Shown piece after piece: positions 1-7,925 of a stretch of 64,000 nucleotides of DNA. The stretch comes from Pyrinomonadaceae bacterium (GTDB lineage Bacteria; Acidobacteriota; Blastocatellia; Pyrinomonadales; Pyrinomonadaceae). The position numbers and the translations under genes were made by a program. Numbering within the stretch: the stretch's first letter is position 1; every line of letters begins with the position of its first letter. The DNA lies in contig DASXRE010000287.1 of NCBI GenBank assembly GCA_036506775.1, forward strand, positions 1,088 through 65,087, given 5' to 3'. The notes below the pieces were generated by a model. That model had not been told where the DNA came from. It did no database searches and saw only the letters and a list, made by a program, of their open reading frames with translations.

Positions 1-944
1 TGGACCACTTCATCACTGACGACGGGTCGATCCGCACCTATTCACTCGACGAGTACAACATCGACAACATTCTTCCCGGCCGCGTGCTTCTGCTCCTTCA
101 CAAAACCACCAGCCAGGAAAAATACAAGAAAACAGCCGCGCTCTTACGCGAACAGCTCAAAACTCATCCACGCACGTCTGAAGGCGGCTTCTGGCACAAG
201 AAGATCTATCCCTCGCAGATGTGGCTCGATGGACTCTACATGGGCGAACCGTTCTACGCCGAGTACGCCGCCACTTTTCACGAAGACTCAGCGTTCGACG
301 ATATCGCGAAGCAGTTCATTCTTATGGAGCGCCACTCGCGGGACGAGAAGACCGGACTGCTTTATCACGGTTGGGATGAATCAAGAAAACAGCGTTGGGC
401 CAACCCGGCGACCGGACGCTCAGCGAACTTCTGGGCTCGCGCAGTTGGCTGGTATGCGATGGCGCTCGTCGACGTACTCGACTACTTCCCCAAAAACCAT
501 CCGCAACGAGCTGAGCTGATCGCCATTCTTAATCGTCTCGCCCGCGCAGTCGCTAAATATCAGGAGCCGAACTCCGGACTCTGGTATCAAGTGCTAGATA
601 AGGGCAGCGCGAAAGGAAACTACTTCGAGGCGTCCGCGTCGTGCATGTTCGTCTACGCGCTAGCGAAAGGCGTGCGCAACGGCTATCTCCCGTCTACGTA
701 CCTGCGCGTTGCGGAGAATGGTTATCGAGGGATCAGCAAACAATTCCTGAAAACAGATGCAAACGGCCAGCTCAATCTCGAAGGCACGGTGAGCGTTGGC
801 GGCCTGGGTGGAAACCCGTATCGCGATGGCAGCTACGAGTACTACCTCAGCGAAAAAGTAGTCACTAACGATCCGAAAGGCATTGGCGCGCTGCTGCTCG
901 CCGCGACTGAGATGGAGAAGCAGAAGTTGACCAGTCTGAATTGA
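1..944 (+). CDS. Unsaturated rhamnogalacturonyl hydrolase-like glycoside hydrolase (GH105/GH88 fold), 5-prime end outside window
   Basis: The frame is open from nt 3, so no true start lies in the window (the ORF-track start at 84 is internal). Family-typical motifs: QMWLDGLYMGEPFYAEY, LLYHGWDES, FWARAVGWYAMALVD. Stop at 942-944. Confidence 0.8.
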   Translation, partial: DHFITDDGSIRTYSLDEYNIDNILPGRVLLLLHKTTSQEKYKKTAALLREQLKTHPRTSEGGFWHKKIYPSQMWLDGLYMGEPFYAEYAATFHEDSAFDDIAKQFILMERHSRDEKTGLLYHGWDESRKQRWANPATGRSANFWARAVGWYAMALVDVLDYFPKNHPQRAELIAILNRLARAVAKYQEPNSGLWYQVLDKGSAKGNYFEASASCMFVYALAKGVRNGYLPSTYLRVAENGYRGISKQFLKTDANGQLNLEGTVSVGGLGGNPYRDGSYEYYLSEKVVTNDPKGIGALLLAATEMEKQKLTSLN

Positions 945-1020
945 GCGCCTCCTTGGAGTGCGCCGACTCGTCGGCGCTTTGGCCAAAGCGGTGACAAGTC
1001 CCCGCACTCCAAAGAGGCGC
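945..1020. repeat. Palindromic intergenic repeat, family A (GGAGTGCGCCGAC..GTCGGCGCTTTGGCCAAAGCGGTGACAAGTCCCCGCACTCC)
   Basis: A ~75-nt imperfect palindrome directly after the GH105 stop. Near-identical copies at 24753, 43652, 44559 and 61227, plus a half copy at 30785. Confidence 0.9.
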
Positions 1021-1087
1021 CCATTCCGGAGAAGCAAACGGCTCGTACAACAGGCAAGAAAAAGGTAAGCTAAACAAGCAAGAAACA

Positions 1088-1819
1088 ATGGGCGAATCAA
1101 ACGCAAACATCTTCAAGGCTATCGACGCCGAACGGCGCGGCACCAGTTTCGAAGAAGTCGTCACGCAACTTCGGGAGATGATTCACCGCGGTGAACTGCG
1201 CCCAGGTGATCGACTGCCGCCCGAACGAGACCTCGCGAAGCAACTCGGTGTTAGCCGTCCGACTCTGCGCGCGGGCATCAGTTCCCTTGCCGCAGTCGGC
1301 GTGTTGCAGCCACGTCGTGGCGCGGGCACGTTTGTGGTTGAAGCCGAAGGTCCACCGGCGCTCGACAGCAGTGCGCTGCGTTTGATGGCGTCGTTGCAAC
1401 GCTTCACGCCAGCGGAGATGTTTGAAGCGCGGCGTTCGTTGGAGATGGCCATCGCGGCGTTAGCCGCGGAGCGGGCGACGGGCGAACAGATGGCTGAGAT
1501 GTCGGAAGAGATTACCGGCATGTTTGCTTCGCTTGATGAGCCGGAACAGTTTCTCGTTCACGACATGCGCTTTCACCAGACGGTTGCGGCTGCTTCGGGA
1601 AACAGAATCCTCACCGCGCTGATGAACATGGTTGCGACGATTCTTTTCGAAGTGCGAAGCAAGACGGTGAAGCGTGCGCGAGATTTGAAGGAATCCGCCG
1701 AGATGCACCGCGCGATCTACCGCGCTATTCGCGATCGCAATCCGGCCGCCGCGCGTGACGCGATGCGCGACCATCTGATGCTCGCCCAGAAAGCCCAGGA
1801 ACAAGAAGAAGAAGTTTGA
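1088..1819 (+). CDS. GntR-family transcriptional regulator (FadR subfamily, FCD-type C-terminal domain)
   Basis: N-terminal winged-helix signature GDRLPPERDLAKQLGVSRPTLRAGI, followed by an all-helical ~150-aa effector domain. Located in a sugar-acid locus. Confidence 0.85.
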   Translation: MGESNANIFKAIDAERRGTSFEEVVTQLREMIHRGELRPGDRLPPERDLAKQLGVSRPTLRAGISSLAAVGVLQPRRGAGTFVVEAEGPPALDSSALRLMASLQRFTPAEMFEARRSLEMAIAALAAERATGEQMAEMSEEITGMFASLDEPEQFLVHDMRFHQTVAAASGNRILTALMNMVATILFEVRSKTVKRARDLKESAEMHRAIYRAIRDRNPAAARDAMRDHLMLAQKAQEQEEEV

Positions 1820-3438
1820 AGCCACAAATAAGCACAAAAGGCACAACGGCCTTGGCGATTGTGGTTGTGCTCCTTGTCTTGTTTGTGCTTCCTGTGCCTC
1901 TTTGTGGTTTAGGTTCTGACCGGACTTATACCAACCCGATTGTTTACGCCGACTACTCGGACCCGGACGTAATCCGCGTCGGCGACGACTTCTATCTCAC
2001 CGCTTCGAGTTTCAACTGCATTCCCGGACTACCGATTCTTCATTCGCGCGACCTGGTGAACTGGAAGATCATCGGCCATGCGCTCCAACAACAACCTCCG
2101 GCCGACGTCTTTGCACGGCCGCAACACGGCAACGGAGTGTGGGCGCCAGCGATCCGTTTTCGTAACGGCTACTTCTACATCTTTTACGGCGATCCCGACT
2201 TCGGCATCTACATGGTCAAGGCACGCAACGCCGCTGGTCCATGGTCAACGCCTTTATTAATCAAATCTGCCAAAGGATGGATCGATCCCTGTCCGTTCTG
2301 GGACGATGACGGCAACGCGTACCTCGTTCATGCGTGGGCCAACAGCCGCTCCGGCATCAAAAGCATCCTGACGATAAACCGCATGAGCACTGACGGCACC
2401 CGCCTGCTGGACGAAGGCACGATGGCCTTCGACGGGCGACTTCATCATCCGACGATCGAAGGACCAAAGCTCTACAAGCGCAACGGCTATTATTACATCT
2501 TCGCACCCGCAGGCGGTGTGACTGAGGGTTGGCAGACGGTGCTGCGTGCGAAAAACATTTACGGTCCTTACGAAGACCGGGTCGTGATGGACCGTGGCCG
2601 CACGGAAGTCAATGGACCGCATCAGGGCGGCTGGGTCGAACTCAACTCAGGCGAGTCGTGGTTTGTTCACTTTCAGGATCGCGGCGCCTACGGCCGCATC
2701 GTGCATCTGCAACCGATGAATTGGCGCGACGATTGGCCGGTGATTGGCGCCGATCCTGATGGTGACGGAAAAGGCGAACCCGTTGCGACCCATCGCAAGC
2801 CGAACGTCGGGCGTGACTACGCCGTTCAGTCGCTGCAAGCGAGCGACGAGTTTTCCGGCGTCAGACTTGGCCTGCAGTGGCAATGGCACGCGAATCCGCT
2901 CGATGAATGGCTGTCGTTATCGAGGCCAGGATGGCTCAGCTTGTCGGCGATGCCGTGGCCCGGCGAAGGGCGCACTTTGTGGACCGTTCCAAACTTGTTG
3001 CTCCAGAAACTACCAGCGCGCGAGTTCACCGTGACGACCCGCGTCGATGCAACGAGTTTGCGAGAAGGCGAACGCAGTGGTTTGGTGATGATGGGCCGCG
3101 ACTACTCGTACATCGCGGTCGTGAGAACTGCAACCGGCGTGCGTCTCGTTCGTGTAACGTGTCTCGACGCCGCCAAAGCCAGCTCGGAAAGAGAGGATGC
3201 CGCCGTTGAGATCCAGACGCCATCCGTGTATCTCCGTCTTTCCGTGGTTGATGACGCGGTGTGTGAGTTCAGCTTTGGTCGAGACGGAAAGAGGTTTGAG
3301 TCGTCAGGAAAGGAATTTAAAGCAAAACCAGGAGTCTGGATCGGAGCCAAAGTCGGACTCTTCGCACTTGGTCCACCCGACGCCACCACCCACGGTCACG
3401 CCGACTACGACTGGTTTCGTTTTGAGCTGAAGCGCTAG
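1816..3438 (+). CDS. Glycoside hydrolase family 43 (beta-xylosidase/alpha-L-arabinofuranosidase-like) with C-terminal beta-sandwich domain
   Basis: GH43 propeller motifs: NPIVYADYSDPDVIRVGDDFYL, GVWAPAIRF, IEGPKLYKRNGYYYIF. The start is uncertain: TTG 1816 overlaps the GntR stop, and the hydrophobic N-terminus is encoded by a palindromic repeat. Confidence 0.8.
   Translation: MKPQISTKGTTALAIVVVLLVLFVLPVPLCGLGSDRTYTNPIVYADYSDPDVIRVGDDFYLTASSFNCIPGLPILHSRDLVNWKIIGHALQQQPPADVFARPQHGNGVWAPAIRFRNGYFYIFYGDPDFGIYMVKARNAAGPWSTPLLIKSAKGWIDPCPFWDDDGNAYLVHAWANSRSGIKSILTINRMSTDGTRLLDEGTMAFDGRLHHPTIEGPKLYKRNGYYYIFAPAGGVTEGWQTVLRAKNIYGPYEDRVVMDRGRTEVNGPHQGGWVELNSGESWFVHFQDRGAYGRIVHLQPMNWRDDWPVIGADPDGDGKGEPVATHRKPNVGRDYAVQSLQASDEFSGVRLGLQWQWHANPLDEWLSLSRPGWLSLSAMPWPGEGRTLWTVPNLLLQKLPAREFTVTTRVDATSLREGERSGLVMMGRDYSYIAVVRTATGVRLVRVTCLDAAKASSEREDAAVEIQTPSVYLRLSVVDDAVCEFSFGRDGKRFESSGKEFKAKPGVWIGAKVGLFALGPPDATTHGHADYDWFRFELKR
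1820..1908. repeat. Palindromic repeat, family C variant (CCACAAAGAGGCACAA-type arms)
   Basis: AGCCACAAATAAGCACAAAAGGCACAA ... TTGTGCTTCCTGTGCCTCTTTGTGG, with arms complementary. Same type as the copy at 23209-23278. Overlaps the 5-prime end of the GH43 ORF. Confidence 0.75.
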
Positions 3439-4085
3439 CTGGCACGGGCCTCGCGCACGATCTGCACAAATTCACGCGCACGCTCGGTAATTACGTGCTG
3501 CTGACCTTCGCGAAGCGCCTTGAGATCCACCAGATCCGCTCCCACACCAAGTGCACTCGCACCTGCTTTAATGAAATCCGCAGCCGTCTTCAGTGACACG
3601 CCTCCGGTCGGCACGAGTTCAATCTGCGGCAACGGCGCCTTCAACGCCTTGATGTAACTCGCGCCGCCCATCGCGCCCGCTGGGAACACCTTTACAAAAT
3701 CCGCGCCCGCCGACCACGCCTGGACGACCTCGGTCGGCGTCAACGCACCCGGCATGACCGCCACGCCGTAACGTCGACAAACTGCAATCGTGTCGAGATC
3801 GAGTGACGGGCTAACAATGAACTGCGCGCCCGCCAGAATACACGCACGCGCTGTTTCACCGTCGAGCACCGTGCCGGCGCCGACCAACGCGTCAGCACCA
3901 TAACGCTGCGAAACCTCTTCGATCACGCCAACCGCGCCCGGCACCGTCATCGTAATCTCCAGCAACGAAACGCCGCCTTCCCGTATCGCGTCGATCGCCT
4001 TCATCGCCTCGGCGGCAGACTGGGCGCGCACCACCGGAATGATTCCGATATCACGAATAGTTTGAATCACCTGAGCTTTGTTCAT
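3435..4085 (-). CDS. eda: 2-dehydro-3-deoxyphosphogluconate (KDPG) aldolase
   Basis: 216 aa. KDPG/KHG aldolase motifs: IIPVVR, VSLLEITMTVPGA, and FVKVFPA containing the Schiff-base Lys. Directly downstream of kdgK. Confidence 0.85.
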   Translation of the reverse strand: MNKAQVIQTIRDIGIIPVVRAQSAAEAMKAIDAIREGGVSLLEITMTVPGAVGVIEEVSQRYGADALVGAGTVLDGETARACILAGAQFIVSPSLDLDTIAVCRRYGVAVMPGALTPTEVVQAWSAGADFVKVFPAGAMGGASYIKALKAPLPQIELVPTGGVSLKTAADFIKAGASALGVGADLVDLKALREGQQHVITERAREFVQIVREARAS

Positions 4086-4091
4086 CTCGAA

Positions 4092-5192
4092 TCAACGATC
4101 CACACGCGCGGTTCCGCGCTTCATCACTCGTTCCACTTCCGCGAGCGTCGCCATCGTGGTGTCACCGGGTGTCGTCATCGCCAACGCGCCGTGCGCGGCG
4201 CCGCACTCGACGGCCCATTGCAAACCCTTGCCTGCCAGCAAGCCGTAGATCAACCCGGAAGCAAAAGAATCTCCGCCGCCGACGCGGTCCAAGATCTCGA
4301 GGTCCTCACGGACGGGTGCCTGATAGAGTTCGCCGCCGGAGTAACACACCGCGCCCCAATCGTTCACCGTCGCCGTCTTCGCATTGCGCAGCGTAGTGGC
4401 GACGATCTTGAAGTTGGGAAACTCAGTCACCGCCTTTTCGATCATGCGGCGAAAGTTTTTCACCTCGAGTTTTGAATGATGCTCGTCCAGCCCTTCGACT
4501 TCGAATCCGAGCGCCGCGGTGAAGTCTTCTTCGTTTCCGATCATCACATCCACGAGTGGCGCCAGTTCGCGATTAACCTCAACCGCTCTTTCTCTGCCAC
4601 CGATCGAGCGCCACAACGAGTCGCGATAATTCAGGTCATACGAAATGATCGTGCCGTGCTTCTTCGCCGCTTCCATCGCTTCGCGCGCAACCGCGGGCGT
4701 GGTCTCGGACAGCGCACAAAAAATCCCACCGGTGTGGAACCAGCGCGCACCTTCGTGTGCAAATATCTGTTCCCAATCGATCTCGCCGGGCTGCAACTGC
4801 GAGATCGCGGTGTGGCCACGGTCCGAACAACCCGCCGCAGCGCGTACACCGAAGCCACGCTCGGTGAAGTTCAGACCGTTGCGAACGGTGCGTCCCACGC
4901 CATCGAACTTCACCCACTTTACATGCGACTGATCTACGCCGCCCTGATAAATCAGATCCTGGACCAGACGCCCGACCGCGTTATCGGCAAACGCCGTCAC
5001 CACAGTCGCGTCAAGACCGAAACAACGCTTTAATCCACGCGCAACGTTGTATTCACCACCGCCTTCCCAAACCTGAAAACTCCGCGTCGTGTGAACGCGC
5101 CCATCACCCGGGTCGAGCCGCAACATCACTTCGCCAAGCGACACGATGTCCCAGCGACACTTCGCCTTGTCTTTAATGTTCAGATCAGTCAT
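4092..5192 (-). CDS. kdgK: 2-dehydro-3-deoxygluconokinase (PfkB family)
   Basis: PfkB sugar-kinase fold with the C-terminal DRVGGGDSFASG motif. Start set at ATG 5192 (MTDLNIK...), which overlaps the upstream MFS stop by 8 nt, instead of the ORF-track start at 5231. Confidence 0.8.
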   Translation of the reverse strand: MTDLNIKDKAKCRWDIVSLGEVMLRLDPGDGRVHTTRSFQVWEGGGEYNVARGLKRCFGLDATVVTAFADNAVGRLVQDLIYQGGVDQSHVKWVKFDGVGRTVRNGLNFTERGFGVRAAAGCSDRGHTAISQLQPGEIDWEQIFAHEGARWFHTGGIFCALSETTPAVAREAMEAAKKHGTIISYDLNYRDSLWRSIGGRERAVEVNRELAPLVDVMIGNEEDFTAALGFEVEGLDEHHSKLEVKNFRRMIEKAVTEFPNFKIVATTLRNAKTATVNDWGAVCYSGGELYQAPVREDLEILDRVGGGDSFASGLIYGLLAGKGLQWAVECGAAHGALAMTTPGDTTMATLAEVERVMKRGTARVDR

Positions 5193-6756
5193 TGCGCCGT
5201 AACAAGAGACCGCCGATTGCACCGATGACAATACCGATGCCGCCAGCGATCATCATGTACTCAAACTGCACTCCACCGGAAACTCTCGCCGCTAGACTCA
5301 CGCACCAACCCACAAAGGAACCAAACACCAGACCGGCAAAACCAAAACCGATAAACAGACCCGCTGAAAACCTTCGCCCCGGCAGGCGCTCGACATCTTC
5401 CACCGGCGCGAGTTGCGGCGAAAGCAGATGGATGACAGCCAGAGCCAGCAAGTAAGTAGTGCCCGCAATGGTGAACACGATCGAGTAATTCTGGCCGGTA
5501 CTCTCCAGAATGTAACCCGTGGCGACGGCCATCGTGGCGCCGCCGAGCGCGCCGGCCATGCCGCCGATGCCCACGACTGATCCGACCGCGCGGCGCGGAA
5601 ACATGTCTGACGTCGTCGTGAACAGGTTACAGGACCAGCCCTGATGTGCGGCAGCCGCAAGTCCGATCAGCAGGGCCGCCACCCACAGGTTCTTCACGTT
5701 CGAAGCGAAGATGATCGGTGTCACCGCGAGCGCGCAGATTAGCATCGCCGTCTTGCGCGCGCGATTGATGGTCCAGCCGCGCTTGATAAAAGTTGAAGAG
5801 AGCCAGCCGCCCCCGATGCTGCCGATGTCAGCGATCAGATAGATCACGATCAACGGCCCGGCACTGCCGGTCAAATCGAGTTTGTGATGCTCGCGGAAAA
5901 ACGTGGGAATCCAGTAGAGATAAAACCACCACACCGGATCGGTAAGATACTTGCCAATCGCGAAAGCCGAAGTTTGCCGGTGCGGAATCAGTCGCACCCA
6001 TGGAATTTTTTCGGCCGGCGGATCCGGCGGATCGCTCTGAATGTGGGCCAACTCAGCCGCGGAGACTTTCGCGTGTTTTTCCGGATGCCGGTAAGTTGGC
6101 AGCCAGAACAACAGCCACAGAAATCCGAAAACGCCGGTGAGAATAAACGCCCAGCGCCAGCCGAGGTGACCGGCAATCCACGGGACGCATAACGGTGCAA
6201 CTATCGCTCCGACATTTGAGCCGGCGTTGAAGAGGCCCGTGGCAAACGCGCGTTCCTTCTTCGGAAACCATTCCGCAACAGTCTTGATCGCAGCCGGAAA
6301 GTTTCCGGCTTCGCCAAACCCCAACGCCGCACGCGCAACACCGAAACCCAAAGGCGTGCGCGCCAGAGCATGGGCCATCGCTGCCAGACTCCACCAGACA
6401 ATCGCGAGCGCGTAGCCGACGCGCGTCCCAATGCGATCCATCAAGCGGCCGGCGAGTAACAGGCCAAACGCGTAAGCAGCATTGAAAGCGGCGACGATGT
6501 TGCCGTAGTCGATTTCGGTCCAACCGATCTCGCTCTTCAGATCTTTTGCCAGCAGGCCGAGGACCTGGCGGTCAACATAGTTGACGGTGGTGGCAAAGAA
6601 CAGCAGACCGCAGATCACCCAGCGATAACGACCAACTCTCTCGCCTAATGTCTCCGCGCTAACAGCGGCAGCCGCGGGTGAAATGGTTGAGCTGTGCGTT
6701 GTTTTGGGGAGCGCGGGCGCATTCGCGATCTCGCCGGCATCGTTCATCGTCTCCAC
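5185..6756 (-). CDS. MFS transporter, ACS/ExuT-like (probable hexuronate importer)
   Basis: 523 aa with ~12 hydrophobic segments. MFS motifs: VNYVDRQVLGLLA, GRLMDRIGTR. The operon position between the SDR and kdgK-eda matches hexuronate transporters. Confidence 0.75.
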   Translation of the reverse strand: METMNDAGEIANAPALPKTTHSSTISPAAAAVSAETLGERVGRYRWVICGLLFFATTVNYVDRQVLGLLAKDLKSEIGWTEIDYGNIVAAFNAAYAFGLLLAGRLMDRIGTRVGYALAIVWWSLAAMAHALARTPLGFGVARAALGFGEAGNFPAAIKTVAEWFPKKERAFATGLFNAGSNVGAIVAPLCVPWIAGHLGWRWAFILTGVFGFLWLLFWLPTYRHPEKHAKVSAAELAHIQSDPPDPPAEKIPWVRLIPHRQTSAFAIGKYLTDPVWWFYLYWIPTFFREHHKLDLTGSAGPLIVIYLIADIGSIGGGWLSSTFIKRGWTINRARKTAMLICALAVTPIIFASNVKNLWVAALLIGLAAAAHQGWSCNLFTTTSDMFPRRAVGSVVGIGGMAGALGGATMAVATGYILESTGQNYSIVFTIAGTTYLLALAVIHLLSPQLAPVEDVERLPGRRFSAGLFIGFGFAGLVFGSFVGWCVSLAARVSGGVQFEYMMIAGGIGIVIGAIGGLLLRRND

Positions 6757-6775
6757 TCCTTAACAGATCAGCTTA

Positions 6776-6830
6776 GTCTCTATGTCTCTGTGGTTGCTCA
6801 AAAAACCACAGAGACACCGAGGCACGGAGG
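6776..6830. repeat. Palindromic repeat, family C (GTCTCTGTGGTT / AACCACAGAGAC)
   Basis: A perfect 12-bp stem with an 8-nt loop between the SDR stop and the MFS start. Related copies at 10462 and 25297. Confidence 0.85.
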
Positions 6831-6831
6831 T

Positions 6832-7608
6832 TTACTGGTTTACACCGCTCGCCAAAAAGCCGCCGTCAACGGCAAGGATCTCGCCAGTCACAAAACTGGC
6901 GGCATCGGAGGCCAGGAAGATCGCCGCGCCGGCGAGTTCGTCTACGTTGCCGAAGCGTTTCATCGGTGTGCGCAACAGAAACTCGCGGCCCCGTTCAGTT
7001 TCATCAAGCAGCTTTTGATTAAGCGCGGTGCGAAAGACGCCCGGCGCGATCGCATTCACACGCACGCCGCGGCTGGACCACTCGACAGCCAGCGACTTCG
7101 TCAGTGAACCGACCGCAGCCTTACTCGCCGAATACGCCGCGACCTCGTGCAGCGCCACGAAGGTCGATAACGAAGCGATGTTGATAATGCTGCCCGACTC
7201 GCGTTCCAACATGTGCCGCCCAAACACCTGGCACGCGCGCAACGTTCCCGTCAGGTTTGTGTCGATGATCGCGTTCCAGTCGTCTTCGGCGAAGTCGATG
7301 GTAGGCGCGCGCTTGGTCCGGCCGGCGGAGTTAACAAGAATATCGACCTTGCCCAACTTGTCGATCGCTTCGCTCAGCACGCGCTCTAATGACGCGCGGT
7401 CAGAAACATCAGACGGAACACGCAACGATCGACGCCCCAACTCCTCGATCTCGCTCGCGGCCGCTTCGACTTGTTCTTCGCGCCGGGAGGTCGGAATGAC
7501 GTCGGCGCCGGCCTGCGCGAAACCGCGCGCGATGGCGCGTCCGATACCAGAAGTGCCGCCCACGACCACGGCTACTTTGCCACTCAGTTCTAGTGGAGAA
7601 TAAGTCAT
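6832..7608 (-). CDS. Short-chain dehydrogenase/reductase (KduD / gluconate-5-dehydrogenase-like)
   Basis: Classical SDR motifs GGTSGIGRA (TGxxxGxG) and YSASKAA (YxxxK). First gene of the minus-strand SDR-MFS-kdgK-eda operon. The substrate cannot be determined. Confidence 0.8.
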   Translation of the reverse strand: MTYSPLELSGKVAVVVGGTSGIGRAIARGFAQAGADVIPTSRREEQVEAAASEIEELGRRSLRVPSDVSDRASLERVLSEAIDKLGKVDILVNSAGRTKRAPTIDFAEDDWNAIIDTNLTGTLRACQVFGRHMLERESGSIINIASLSTFVALHEVAAYSASKAAVGSLTKSLAVEWSSRGVRVNAIAPGVFRTALNQKLLDETERGREFLLRTPMKRFGNVDELAGAAIFLASDAASFVTGEILAVDGGFLASGVNQ

Positions 7609-7800
7609 AAGTTCTATATTGTTCTGTTCTCGGACTAAAAAACCATTCGCAGATTACAGCTACTGCCCTGTGTGTAACCTGTGAATTGCGTTCAGCTCCG
7701 GTTTGGAAAGGTTAGACCACTTTTAGAAAGTGCGGATACTGTGTAACACCCTGAGTCACCTAGCGTCAAGCACAAAAAGTCGCGTACTGATCTACGATTA

Positions 7801-7815
7801 GCTGGTTTTACCAGC
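7801..7815. promoter_or_regulatory. Palindromic operator GCTGGT-TTT-ACCAGC (GntR/FadR-type TGGT-N3-ACCA)
   Basis: A perfect 6+6 inverted repeat in the divergent promoter between the SDR operon and the NagB-like/uxaA operon. Confidence 0.55.
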
Positions 7816-7882
7816 CTCGTTTGAGTGCTGAAATTGTAGCTTGTCTAGTTGCGTTCTGCGTGTTAAAGTCATGGCTCTTTCG

Positions 7883-7899
7883 AAATTGGTATTACCAGT
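7883..7899. promoter_or_regulatory. UxuR/ExuR-like operator AAATTGGTATTACCAGT
   Basis: TGGTATTACCA palindrome (7887-7897), 27 nt upstream of ATG 7926. Resembles the hexuronate-regulon box (TTGGTATACCAA type, as I recall it). Confidence 0.55.
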
Positions 7900-7925
7900 C
7901 GGGCGACTTGGAAACCAGTCGGCAA

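Noticed and set aside
842-1164. ORFs 842-1057, 865-1164 and 660-1106 (minus strand) after the GH105 gene
   Set aside because: They are generated by the family A palindrome and the GC-rich antisense of GH105/GntR. The same false peptide recurs wherever the repeat occurs.
5193-5231. Upstream start (5231) for kdgK
   Set aside because: It would overlap the MFS gene by 47 nt. ATG 5192 gives the usual 8-nt operon overlap and a typical KdgK N-terminus.
7821-7925. TTG 7821 start for the NagB-like gene
   Set aside because: The extension is hydrophobic and odd, and it contains one palindromic operator entirely and most of the other. ATG 7926 is the first ATG and follows both operators.
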